A program made the position numbers and the translations under genes. A DNA stretch of 63,813 bases, the filler included, from Squatina squatina (lineage: Eukaryota), in the NCBI GenBank assembly GCA_031763465.1. It is 4 parts of 4 records of this genome, joined end to end, with 100 filler letters (N's around TTAATTAATTAA, not from the genome) between each part and the next. Parts side by side here need not be neighbours in the genome. Positions count along the whole stretch, not along the records: positions 1 to 17,476 come from JARFOE010000004.1; 3 more parts are not named here. The stretch is one strand, 5' to 3'. The notes below the pieces were generated by a model, which saw only the letters and a program-made list of their open reading frames with translations, was not told the DNA's origin and searched no databases. Positions within the stretch are counted from its first letter, which is position 1, and the number at the start of each line of letters is the position of its first letter. This document shows positions 1 to 11,700 of this stretch, in pieces.

Positions 1-1923
1 ATTGTATCCATCAGTAGATTTTTGAATTTTTCTGTGTACCTCATTATTTCTGTTATATAAACAAAGTTTTCTGCAATAAGTCTTAAAAGCTATGAAAGGA
101 TACTTTTTTTTTGAAAAAAAGGGGTGGGGAAACACTGCTGTATTGAATCCTGGGGAGCATCAGAAACCCAATCTTCACCGCGTGCATTTCCCAATAGGGA
201 TCATATTGCAGTTAGAACCCCAATTAATTTTGCCCTTTCCCCTTCCAAACTCAGAGCTGACACCAATTGAACTGCCTTTCTGTCATCCTTGCCTGAGACT
301 GAGAACTCAGGATAGACTCGGACTCAAACCCATGATTTTCCTCCTCTATGGCTTAATTCCACACTGAGCAGCACTTTCACCAGTTTAAGCCATTGGAATG
401 CTCTGGTAAGAAGTGGTTTTGATGCATAACGAACATCATGTTGGCAAGTTTCAGAATGTCCCTACTTTAAAAAGACTTATTTCTTTGTGAGTACTACTGA
501 TTGACAAAAAATAAATATGGGATCATGCAACTTTAATACATAGATGTCAAATCAAGAGCCTAATCCATTCCTCAAATATACAAAGTTGCATATTTATCTT
601 GGACTGCAGTATGGGGAAAAATATCACTTTTTAAAAACCTTGTTTAGGCTAAACAAAGATTTAAGTTTATATAGTCACTGTTTAAGTTTGTATACTAATC
701 AGTTAAAAGCTTCATAACAAACGTGTTGGGAGTCTGCGAGCAGTCACAAATTACAAAACAAATCTAGAGCAAAAATCAGTTTTATGGAGAGAGAAAAGCT
801 GACGTCAAGCCAAATTACAGCACAGTCTGTTAAACATAGGTCATACGTTATTCACAGTTGCTAAACTCACCGTCAGAAGCTGCTTTTTGTATTAAATTAG
901 TTTGCAATGCAGAAAACCAGTGAAAATAGTTTAAAAAAAGAGCTTTATTTTGACTGTTACTATAGTCAGAATAATGTAAATTAGAACTCAACTATGTTTC
1001 TACTAGTCTAACACTTCACTGAATGTCAACCATGTAGGCAATGTTACTTGTACAGCTATTACCAGCCTCAATTACAATGACAGTGACAGGGCATTGCAGT
1101 AAATGTACTTTCTCACTAAATTAATTAGAAAAAAGGAAAACAATGATTCTTAATTTGGCTATACAAAGAAAAAGGCCTATTCAAACTCCTTTGTCTGACA
1201 GAACCAGTTAACTCTACATGAAATTTTTTTTTTTTAATTCACAAGAGGCATCTTACTGTATTACCAAGGAGAATGAAAGGCCTCCAGCACAATTGGTGCT
1301 TGCAAGGAGTTCAGAATTCACATTTTACAACACATGCACAAGGGGGAAGTCATTTTGAGATTCAACACTAAAATATTTTAAAGCACTGAAAATAAATTTA
1401 ATGTTACTACAATAAATATCGTGCAAGTCCTACATTAAAGAAATCTACGAATCGCAAAAAAGACAGAAAAAGAGGCAGTCATGCCAAAATGATGTAAAGC
1501 ATTTAAAAGTTAGTTCTAGTTTTAATTGAGTGCAATTCTGGCTGAGAAATTCCACATTCCTCAGTTGCCCTTAATCTCTCAAGTGTTAAATGTTGTTCTT
1601 TTTTAGAAGCGATGACCATAAGACCTAGACCTCTGTTACAGTGCATTGTCCATCAGGTTGCTGCTCCCTGGCTCTGATGCTGCTGCTCGGCCCTCCTTCT
1701 GGAGATGGTTCACCTCCTGGTATCTCATTCTCTCTCTCACTGTTTGGAGAAACAAGTCTTTGCCTGCTGTGGATGGTGGTTGCAGACTCATGAAGCTGAC
1801 TGATGTTCTCATCCTCGGTATCANNNNNNNNNNNNNNNNNNNNNNNNNNNNNNNNNNNNNNNNNNNNNNNNNNNNNNNNNNNNNNNNNNNNNNNNNNNNN
1901 NNNNNNNNNNNNNNNNNNNNNNN

Positions 1924-1980
1924 ACGGCACTTCAAGTGCACATCCAAGTACTTTTTAAATGTTATGAGGGTTTCTGCCAT
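1924..1980 (-). mobile_element. CR1-like LINE fragment (ORF2 C-terminus)
   Basis: Translates AETLITFKKYLDVHLKCR, a typical end of CR1-clade ORF2; abuts a gap. Confidence 0.65.
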
Positions 1981-4139
1981 AACAAAAGCAAATTAGTTGG
2001 GCCTGGAATTGCTGGGTGTCTGCTCTGCCAAAGGAGACCCCCCACTCGCCCTAGCCCTAGGCTAGAGACCCCATCCCAAATCTCAGCGACAAGGTCTTCT
2101 GCATGGTCAGAGTGTGTCTCTCACGCTTGCAAGGAGACATCAACAACAGCCGTTTTGAATGGCTGGCAGACTGGCACCATGCCACTCTGATTGTAAAGAG
2201 GAGGCCTGGCAAGGTTCCAAAGAAATGTGTCCTCTTCAGGATTGATTATTTTTACCTGGTAAAAGATTAGGACCTGTTTAGAGGCCCCAGCGCTCATCTG
2301 ACATAAGTTCCGCTGAGGCCCAAGAAGAACTCAAAAGGTGGAATCCCCGGTGGAGCCTAGGAACTCCTACAGACAAGGCCGCTTGACATGGGAAGGTGGG
2401 CAGAAGATCCATCGGTGGCTCCCCCACTAGAGAATGGTGTAACTGAAAACACTGGGTGGAATACCAATGGAACTGGATTCTGACTCATTTTCTGGTTCTC
2501 CTGGGGCAGTCTAGCCCCGGGTCTGATCGGAATTTCAGGCCAGTGTACATTTTGAGAAAGCATTTCAGCACAGGATTTTTACCTTTTTCCCAGTGAACCC
2601 TTGCAATCCCTTGCAGTTAAATGGCTTGCTGACTCATAGCCAAGACTCACACATGAGCACCTGTGGAGCCTATCCCAGCAAAGTGTCAACACTTTCAGAA
2701 GAAGAGGGTAGCGGAAAAAGATTGTTGGAGAAAAGGGTGAGAAAGAAATAAACAAGAACCAGTTATATACAGCTCTAATATGCTTTGAAGAACACAGCTT
2801 TTGATTATTTAAAATTCATTTTTTGATTCTATTGTTTCAAATTATTTTAACATCTGGACCTTGTAACAATACATGCAGGCAACTTGTGATCAAACTGAAG
2901 CAGGAGATGAGACCAATAGTCCCTATTATTTGAATCAACAGCACTTTTTTTAAACAAAGGGAACATTCCTCCTTTATCACAATGTAATGAAAGCACTATA
3001 TTGTTCCTGTTATTTCATTTTAGGCTAAGATTGTAGGTTTCACATGAATTGTGTTCTCATATGTGATTAAATTATATTACTTGGTAGTTAAGAGTAATTT
3101 GTAACATTCCTTCTGCTTCAGGCAAGAAAACACAAAAGCAATATAGAATTCATACTTTTTAAACTACAACTTAATATTTTTCATCATAATATATATCCTA
3201 CAAAATAAATTGTCCCACAGTTCGAATGAAAGTAGCTTGCATACTTCAGCAAAGATCTGATAAGCTAGGAGTGCAGTATCTATATAATCATTAGTTATCT
3301 GGCAATATATTACTTCAGTTTCCATGAAATTAGCTCACTTAGGGTCAGATAGTTGACAATGTCCTGTTATTAAAATGATAACTTAATATTAGGTTTAATA
3401 AATAATAATGAGAGCACTGAATAACTCCAGTATTAGGTTGCTTTAATTACATTTTTCTGAGCTGTAGATTTGTTCACAATGATGTTTAAAGCAATATGCG
3501 TAACAGTGGTCCTAATTACGAAACTGACATAAGACAAAATTGTTCACAATGTATTATTTTCAAGAGTTGATGGAAATATATTTAATTANNNNNNNNNNNN
3601 NNNNNNNNNNNNNNNNNNNNNNNNNNNNNNNNNNNNNNNNNNNNNNNNNNNNNNNNNNNNNNNNNNNNNNNNNNNNNNNNNNNNNNNNCCTCAGATGGTA
3701 AAGGAGGGCCTCTTGAGAAGACTCTTCCCTGGCTTGCTGAGCCATGTGTGTTAGTGCTGAAGCACTTTTCCCATTTTTTTTGGTTCAGAAGGGAATTCAG
3801 CTTTAAGAGCTGAAGATTCTCATTTGGGACTTTTTAAAAATGTTAATGAAAAAAAAACTTTGCAGTATTATGCTACTGACAGGTACAGCTGTTAATTTGG
3901 CCATTACTGAGTTCTTGTCAGGAATGTGTAACAAATTAAAGGGCCAGATTTGGGTAGCAGACATTTCTATCATTCCAGTCAATCAAAATGTTTCCTGATG
4001 CATATGCAATAAACTAGTAAATAAATAATAATTCCCCAAACTATATACTATAATGCTACATAGAGAAGGATATTCATGTCATAAACATATACTCTGAGCA
4101 CTCAATAAAGGAAATATATTTTTTTTATTTGAAATACAG

Positions 4140-4255
4140 GTGCTTTTAAGCAGTTTAGTGGCATCTGTTGACAACAATGACACCAGCTCGGGTGTGTGCA
4201 CTGTTTCTTACAGAGGTCATAAACGAAAACTTAAAAACAATACTTTAAAAGAAAG
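4140..4255 (+). CDS. possible isolated exon of an unknown gene
   Basis: T-rich tract plus tacag| acceptor, AG|gtaac donor, open frame VLLSSLVASVDNNDTSSGVCTVSYRGHKRKLKNNTLKE. No homology recognised. Confidence 0.2.
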
Positions 4256-4657
4256 GTAACAGTTGGTTCTCCAGGCTTCAAATGACATTTATTACATTCC
4301 TCTATATTACAAGGCGGCAATCTGTTCATAATTAAAAGAAAAAAGAAAAAAAAGAGCCTGTTGTCATTTTATACAGAAACTAGAAACATGCACAAATGCA
4401 TATCACGTTTGCTGAGGAACCTCCGGCACAGAAGCTAAAGACTTCCCTTAAAGTGAAATAGTTTTTCTCAGCAAAACTGGCTCTTTTTTTTAACCCTTAA
4501 AGGGCTAGTCATGATATTTGTTGTGCTAACCATCTGGAGTTCTAATTTATTTGGTGGNNNNNNNNNNNNNNNNNNNNNNNNNNNNNNNNNNNNNNNNNNN
4601 NNNNNNNNNNNNNNNNNNNNNNNNNNNNNNNNNNNNNNNNNNNNNNNNNNNNNNNNN

Positions 4658-4970
4658 AAACATGGCGGCCGGCGGTGCTATCACCGCACCTTTAAGCAGC
4701 CTTGAAAATGACAGGTAAAACCTCGTCGCGCTCCAATTCTGCAGAGGGGGCTAGTGGGTCGGCGTTGTGGGGTTCGCGCATGAATTCATGACATCACGCG
4801 CCTTACCTTGGCGCCAATGGCGTCCCTGGTGAGGAGGCCTTAGCGCCGCTGGGGTGCCATGCCCAATTGCGCAAACCACTACAATTTAGCTTAGCGCTGC
4901 TTTAGCACCTGGGTAGTGCCACTGTTCGGTGCTACCACAGGTCTAAACCACACCATTTGGGCCCCCTAAG
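4658..4970. mobile_element. GC-rich non-autonomous DNA transposon (MITE-like) fragment
   Basis: Abrupt GC/CpG-rich island ending ...catttgggccccc-taa, similar to termini at 20075, 27858, 29372 and 45718. Confidence 0.45.
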
Positions 4971-6249
4971 TAACTGCATTCCTTTAACTTTTAGCCCTTT
5001 AAGTGCTGCTGACGTATTGCTGTTTCCTGCTCTCTTTTGCTGATCTCAATCACCAGTGCAATATGGACTAGGAGCTTTATGAATAATTCATTAGCACCAA
5101 TCAAGCAGATCGTCTATCAATGCTACACTTGCTGTGCTCCAGCTTTTCTGCTTTATCCCCAAGGCCAGAATTACACCCTGTGCCTCACTTTGGCAATAGG
5201 ACAATGAAATTGCAGATGTACACAAAATTATACTTATAGGAAACAAAAGGAATGAAGCTCTTAAATTTTACAGTGCACCCCACTCTCTGAACTGATGGGA
5301 GACTCACAATACTGACGCAAAGCCCCAAAATTAAAATGATTGGCCTACTGGTTAGAAGCCAGAACATAAAACATTTCAGTAGTCACTTATTGTGAAAATA
5401 CTTCTTTAATTTTTCAGTCCTAGAATTGTTCATTAAGAAAGATAAGCATTAAGCCTTACTCATCACTGTAAATCATTCCAGATTTGTGCGCTTCAAATCA
5501 TTAAAAATTATGACAAAATAACTGCACAAAATCTCAGTGACCCATTTCTACAAAGCATGTGTAGATGCTAGATTGGGCTCCCTGCAATGAAAACTTGAAT
5601 GTTTCATTGTTTTTCCACCTAGAATGCCCAACAATATGCATACTGCTGTCCTAGGCCAATATTGTGTACTGTTCTAAATTAGAGATCATCATAATATGTC
5701 TTATACTGGAGACAGTATTATAGTGAGGGGCCTGATATCTGTCATAATTCATTTCAATTAAATGTCAGAAGGGCAGCGTACAGCTGTAGCATGACATAAA
5801 AAGCCACAATTTAAATAAAGTTTATGAATAAAAATTTCCAAACAGGCAGCTGTGATGCCTCAGAATTTAACATGTTTATAATTTTTTAAGAGTGCTGTAC
5901 AGTTTTTAGACATTTTATTTACACAATATTCAAAGGGCTGCACTCTTATTTCTGTTGGAGATAATGGAGCATTAATATCAAGTACATGATACCACAGGCC
6001 AAGTTTACCAATATTAATCTGAAGTACCTGTAAACAGAATTAAGAGTTCAGCCCACTAAATAAAAATACCTACCCTCAGTTTGGAAGAAAGAAACAATTC
6101 TAGGTAAGTTTTCATCTTTAATCCTCCTCATGTGTGAAGCAGTGTACTGGGAGCACTAAAGATAAGAATTTAGCCCTATATTTTTCAAGAGTTTTCAGGA
6201 ATGTTTTCCTCTTTCCTAATTTTACTGACAAATGTGATGTTAGTAATAA

Positions 6250-6888
6250 GTGGTAAAGTCAGAAGAAGGCATGAACGGACTACCTATCCATGGTTAACAT
6301 TGGTCTGAAGAATCTTATCCCTCCTAAAATGCATTATTGAACAGAAAGAAAAAGTGAGAGAAAAGGGCAATTTTTACTTTTTCAGTTCATTAATAATCAA
6401 ACCAATAGCATTTTGCAGATGTACAGTCTGCATTAGTATCCAGGTCAAATCTAGAGTTAGTGAGCTTAATCGGCAGGACAATTCTGAAGTATCGCTACAG
6501 CAGCAACAGAAGCAAGTAGTACCCATGAGATTTTTTTTTGTTAGAGCAAATGGCTGTAGAGGTCGCTGATAGGTATAATGCAACAGAGGAGCAGGAAGTG
6601 ACGATGCACCAGAAATGTAAAGTACATGATTCGTGACAGAGTCAAGTACAGGGCCATGGCAAACCACTATTGCATGATCCATCAGTGAGATAGGGATGTT
6701 CGATATCTGGGTCACAAAGACCTGTAGGAACAATGAAGCATCTGTACTGATCTATACGTAGCTTAATATAGATCACCATTTGCCTCAACTTTAACACCAC
6801 AGGAGTACGTCCAGACATCCACAGGGGACATCTTGGGAGTCGGCCACTTTCTTTTGGATAATTGACACTTTTTTGGCACAATGATAGT
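6250..6888 (+). pseudogene. decayed coding-like segment, possibly part of the same foreign element as 8776-16069
   Basis: Manual translation through stops and frameshifts gives ...ADVQSALVSRSNLELVSLIGRTILKYRYSS...FLLEQMAVEVADRYNATEEQEV/RNVKYMIRDRVKYRAMANHYC...TLTPQEYVQTSTGDILGVGHFLLDN. More CpG than the flanks; no family recognised. Confidence 0.3.
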
Positions 6889-7104
6889 NNNNNNNNNNNN
6901 NNNNNNNNNNNNNNNNNNNNNNNNNNNNNNNNNNNNNNNNNNNNNNNNNNNNNNNNNNNNNNNNNNNNNNNNNNNNNNNNNNNNNNNNGAGGTTACAAGT
7001 CAGTCACATTGGTAGGACTGAAGTCACTATCTCACGACACCTGGGGACAGGTGATAATTGCCAGCGACTCCTGCAGCCCAAGTATCATTTCCCATTCGAT
7101 TTCT

Positions 7105-7260
7105 GTTTATCCAATCCGACTGGTTCTCTCTCTCTCTCTCTCTTTTATATATCCAATCATCTCATGGGTTCTTAGCAAACGGTCCCGATTGGCTTCACCT
7201 GCAGCACGTGATTTGTCAGTGATGAATATTGCCGCGAGCTGCTCAATGCAAATAAGGTTC
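7105..7260 (-). promoter_or_regulatory. Pol II promoter-like or LTR-like motif cluster
   Basis: Octamer ATGCAAAT 7246-7253, E-box CACGTG 7205-7210, CCAAT/ATTGG at 7188, 7153 and 7111, TATATAAAA on the minus strand (7151-7143), followed by (GA)n. Confidence 0.4.
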
Positions 7261-8668
7261 AGCTTCTCAGCAAAAGAGAGAATATTGGATTTCAGCTCAA
7301 CCCGTGGAGGCCCACGCTCGCTGGGATTGTCACAGATCATGCATTTCAAATTCACCCATTTGACTACTCTCACCTGCTTAGCATTTGTTAAATCTTTAAA
7401 GGATGTAATAGTACAAACATTTGTCAAATCTTATTGTGGCAGCAAGTAATCTACAATCATTATCAAAAAGTATTATATTACTAAGCAGCAACTTAGCTGT
7501 GACCAGGCAAGTCCCTGTTCCTTTAGTTTCTTTGGTAAGTTAGAACATGGCATGTGCAGTAAAAAATGGCATCATTAGTTGCGCTAGTCATGTTTACATC
7601 AAGCCTTTTGATTATAGATTAGTTCTAAATTTGGGACCCAACTCGATTAAAATGGCTTGACATAAAGTACATTTAATACATGCACCTTTGTTTTGTTAAT
7701 CGCTAAAATGATTCCTTTCAAAATTCCACACTTCCAATGAGACTGTGTGCTGGCTACTTTATCAGTGTATTTGCACTGGAGGTTACCAGAGTGTCTCCAC
7801 ATGTACTAGACTTGAAATCATTTCAACTGGTGTTGGTTCAAAATCTCAGAGAAGGTCTCAAATGAATCACATAAATTATGCTGGGCCTGCTCTGAACTGG
7901 ATTTACTGCAGATTAGTAACATTAGAATTCCAGGAAAAAAATAACTACAGCTTCCTATGTCAGCTCATCTTATACAGAGCATTATAAAAGCATTCAGGCT
8001 CCTAGAGGAGGATTCAGTGAATGGGTTTTACATTTTTAAGATNNNNNNNNNNCAAATGGATTCACTCGCTTAGGCTGAGCTTCAGACATCTCTGAAGTTT
8101 ACTTCTGCAAAGTTTTTCAATTCATCATCACCCACATTTAGAGTGCATTAGCAAATAGGGCTTTAGCAAAATTGGCTTCTCAAGCAGTATTTCTTAAATG
8201 CTAACAATGATTACTGTGGATTGTGTTTGTGTAAAGTGAATGGGAATTTATGAAATAAAGTTGACTTATCTAAAGGACTGTACTATTACACTTCTAAAAC
8301 TCCTTCCCATTATTGCTTCATCACCTGTATGTTTCCACATGGAACAGTCTGAGCATCCATCCATCACTAATCCTTCCCACTGATTAAGATCTTATCCTCA
8401 GATATAACACACACAGACCAGTTGTTGAGTGAAATGTTAGAACAGCAGTTCTTTACTTTTCACCCAATTCTTCATAATTGGATATGATTCAACACGTCAA
8501 TAGGAACTATGAGACTATAAGGTAGCAAATGCAAACCCACTATTTAAGAAAGGAGGGAGATAGAAAACNNNNNNNNNNNNNNNNNNNNNNNNNNNNNNNN
8601 NNNNNNNNNNNNNNNNNNNNNNNNNNNNNNNNNNNNNNNNNNNNNNNNNNNNNNNNNNNNNNNNNNNN

Positions 8669-8777
8669 GGATGTCTCGGAGCGGCTGCAGAGCATTCTGG
8701 AGGGGGAGGGTGAACAGCCAGTTGTCGTGGTGCACATTGGCACCAGCGATATAGGTAAACAGCGGAATGAGGTCCTA
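8669..8777 (+). mobile_element. CR1-clade LINE ORF1 (SGNH esterase-like) fragment
   Basis: DVSERLQSILEGEGEQPVVVVHIGTSDIGKQRNEVL carries the VHxGTND-type block of CR1 ORF1 esterase domains. Confidence 0.75.
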
Positions 8778-11700
8778 CCATATCCATCATTTTCACTGAT
8801 ACGAGGCAGACCTGTCTCCCCGCGGTAAGTGTTACTCCGCAGGTACGGCAGGCTCTCCCTGTTCAGGATAGCACTACACACATAAATGGTGCCGATTGTT
8901 CCGGAGATGTCATGCGGTGCATTGCAGAGCGCGGTATCAGGCAGGGAACGCGCAGTGTAAGCAAACCATTCGTCGATTCGTGTCTCTGGACACATTATAC
9001 ATATCGCCGCGGTCCAGCAGAGCGCCGAGGCTGTTTAAAGCTGCAGTACTGTTGCAAAACCATACAAATCACATGCTTTTATTACTGGGACCAAATGTAA
9101 ACAAAAGTTACATTTTTTAACGATGCTTATAGCCGCAATTTTGACCTGTGAATAAATTCGAATTACACTGACCATGTGACTTTTCCGACTTGGGTTTGTT
9201 AAAGAGTGATACCTGAATGAAGACGTGACACAGACTGGTGCTGACATTCTGTTATAAGTTAAGATCAGGAAAGATACGGAATTCAAGTGGGTTATAAGCA
9301 TGAACATGGTTGAAGTAATCCGATAACGCCACAAATGATGGGGGATCGGAACTGACGCTGCCAGGGGCGCCCTTTTTTAGTCTCGATATCCCAGTTCCAG
9401 TGGGTGAGAAACGAGTTACAGCGTTTTTAAGGGTTCGCTCTGAATGTGGAATCTTCATGTACTGCAGCGGCCAGAGTCACCGACCAAACTTGGATCATTC
9501 ATGAGTACAAACATTTATCTTCTCTAGTATGCGTTTTGTTACCAATATTTATTGTAAGGTAACGAACTTGTAAGCACGAAAAGAACAGTTCTCTCTCACT
9601 CTCTCAAAATTCAGATATTGGTTTATGTAGGCTAAAGTCATTTTATTGTTTTTAAAACAAATCAAACAACAAGCGTTAATATTTCAGCCCTCCGTGTCGA
9701 TGTAAGCTCTGGACTCGCCTCCCAGAAGAGGACAGACACTGGATGTCCTGCTTGTAAAACAAACGCCAATGTTGTTTTTGTAATAGGAGCTGCTGTTGTG
9801 TTTGGACCCCGCCATCCCGGGGCTCGAAGAGGAACGCTATGAATCACTTTTATCGTCCAGATTGTCAGTGGAAGCAATAAGCGGATCAAAACGCTGCACA
9901 AACAAGAAATAGGACAATATGATGCAACTGTTGGAGTTTGAAAAGGCTAAANNNNNNNNNNNNNNNNNNNNNNNNNNNNNNNNNNNNNNNNNNNNNNNNN
10001 NNNNNNNNNNNNNNNNNNNNNNNNNNNNNNNNNNNNNNNNNNNNNNNNNNNNNNNNNNNNNNNNNNNNNNNNNNNNNNNNNNNNNNNNNNNNNNNNNNNN
10101 NNNNNNNNNNNNNNNNNNNNNNNNNNNNNNNNNNNNNNNNNNNNNNNNNNNNNNNNNNNNNNNGGACGCCGATTCCGTTTTTCGACGTTGTGAGCCAAGT
10201 CCCTTGTTCTTGAATCCGCGTCTAAATGCTGCTTACATCTGTTTGTCAGTGATCACCACAGATTCATTAGATCCTGCTGTTGAACCAAGCTCTTGTTAGA
10301 TTGGGGCTGATTATTGCTAAACTACTGCGGATCGAACTTTGCAGAATCAAGTAACTAAGATTCCGTTTTTTTGTTGTTGCAGGTTTCCACATCTCTTCCG
10401 CCATTGGCGCTCAATTTAAACCACCATCGGCTCAAATATACCATCGAGAACTGGACTCTTAGAATTGATTCCCAAACATTGGACTGTCCGTCAGTGCCAT
10501 TAAAGCGCATTAATGTCCGTGTGGATATGGGTTCGGCAAGCGTAGACACCACTACATCCTCGACAGAAAATGTGTGTTTTTTTAAGAAACCCTGCTGAGT
10601 TTCTAGAATGGGGCGGTTAGATTTGAGGCTATGTGACCCGTTCTGAAATGCCCAGATCAGCCTCCCACACGCTTCCTCGCTGCGGTCGCGGAAACCACGT
10701 CAACCCTTACATGGGGGAGTCATCCCGCACACTGTGTCACAAATCGTGGCAAATGTCCTGGTTTCGAATGCACAAAATTATATTGATAGGTTTTCGGAGC
10801 AGCTTCGTTATTCACTTTTCAATTACACGGCAGCTGAAGTAAAACTCGATTTTACACTTAACCTTTTATAGGTTTCAATTCCCCAACATTTACGACCAGC
10901 CCCTCCACACACAGTATAAGCACTGTATCTACTACACTGACGGTATAGGCAAATCCCTGATGTAAGTAGATCTTTACCCATTTCACTACTGGAGCCATCC
11001 TTCACGGAACAGGATCCCACTGTAATTCTGTTTAGGTTTCCAGGGCTTTGAAGACAATTAAATCTCAGCTGCGATGTTAATGTGTCCTCTCATCGTCTCA
11101 GTGTCAGGCAAATCCAGTGGGATTGGAGACCATTTCCTCTCATCGAGTAGTTCAGTCATTTGGGAATGATATTTTTTAGCCACAGGCTAATCTTTTTCTG
11201 CTTTAAGTGCTAACATTTAAACTCCTGCAGGTTCACTGTGTTCTCATCGACCAAACCTTCTGCCAAAACTCCACTATAAAATTCATACTTTTACTGCCAA
11301 GGGCTGGATGGTATCCTCGTCCAAATCAACTCTGCTAAAGACATTAAACAGCCATGTTAACAGCAAAAACAGTAGTCACTGCGTGGTCCATTGAGCGGGG
11401 GTTTGGGGATTAATTTCATGATTAATTGTTTTCTCAAAGAAACCTGCAAAAGTCGCCGCATCTTCAGTGGAAACATATCCCGAGCAGAGATCGGTTTCTG
11501 CTGAGCGATCTCCCGCCGGTTAACACATGCAGGATTAGATGTGAGATTTGGGAGCACGATTTGGAATGGGGAGAGCCCCCACGCCCTCTTCGGCCGCAGG
11601 TCTCACAAAGGGAGAAGCTGCTTGGAGCTGACTGCGGTAAAAGTACCCATCGGGTTTAATTTGGTTTAGAAAATAAACCGTATTAAAAAGGGGATACGCG

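Noticed and set aside
800-807. Perfect CRE palindrome TGACGTCA
   Set aside because: A single 8-mer with no promoter context is expected by chance in a window this size.
1625-1823. Open frames next to a gap (DTEDENISQLHE...)
   Set aside because: Short, no recognisable homology and no supported splice sites.
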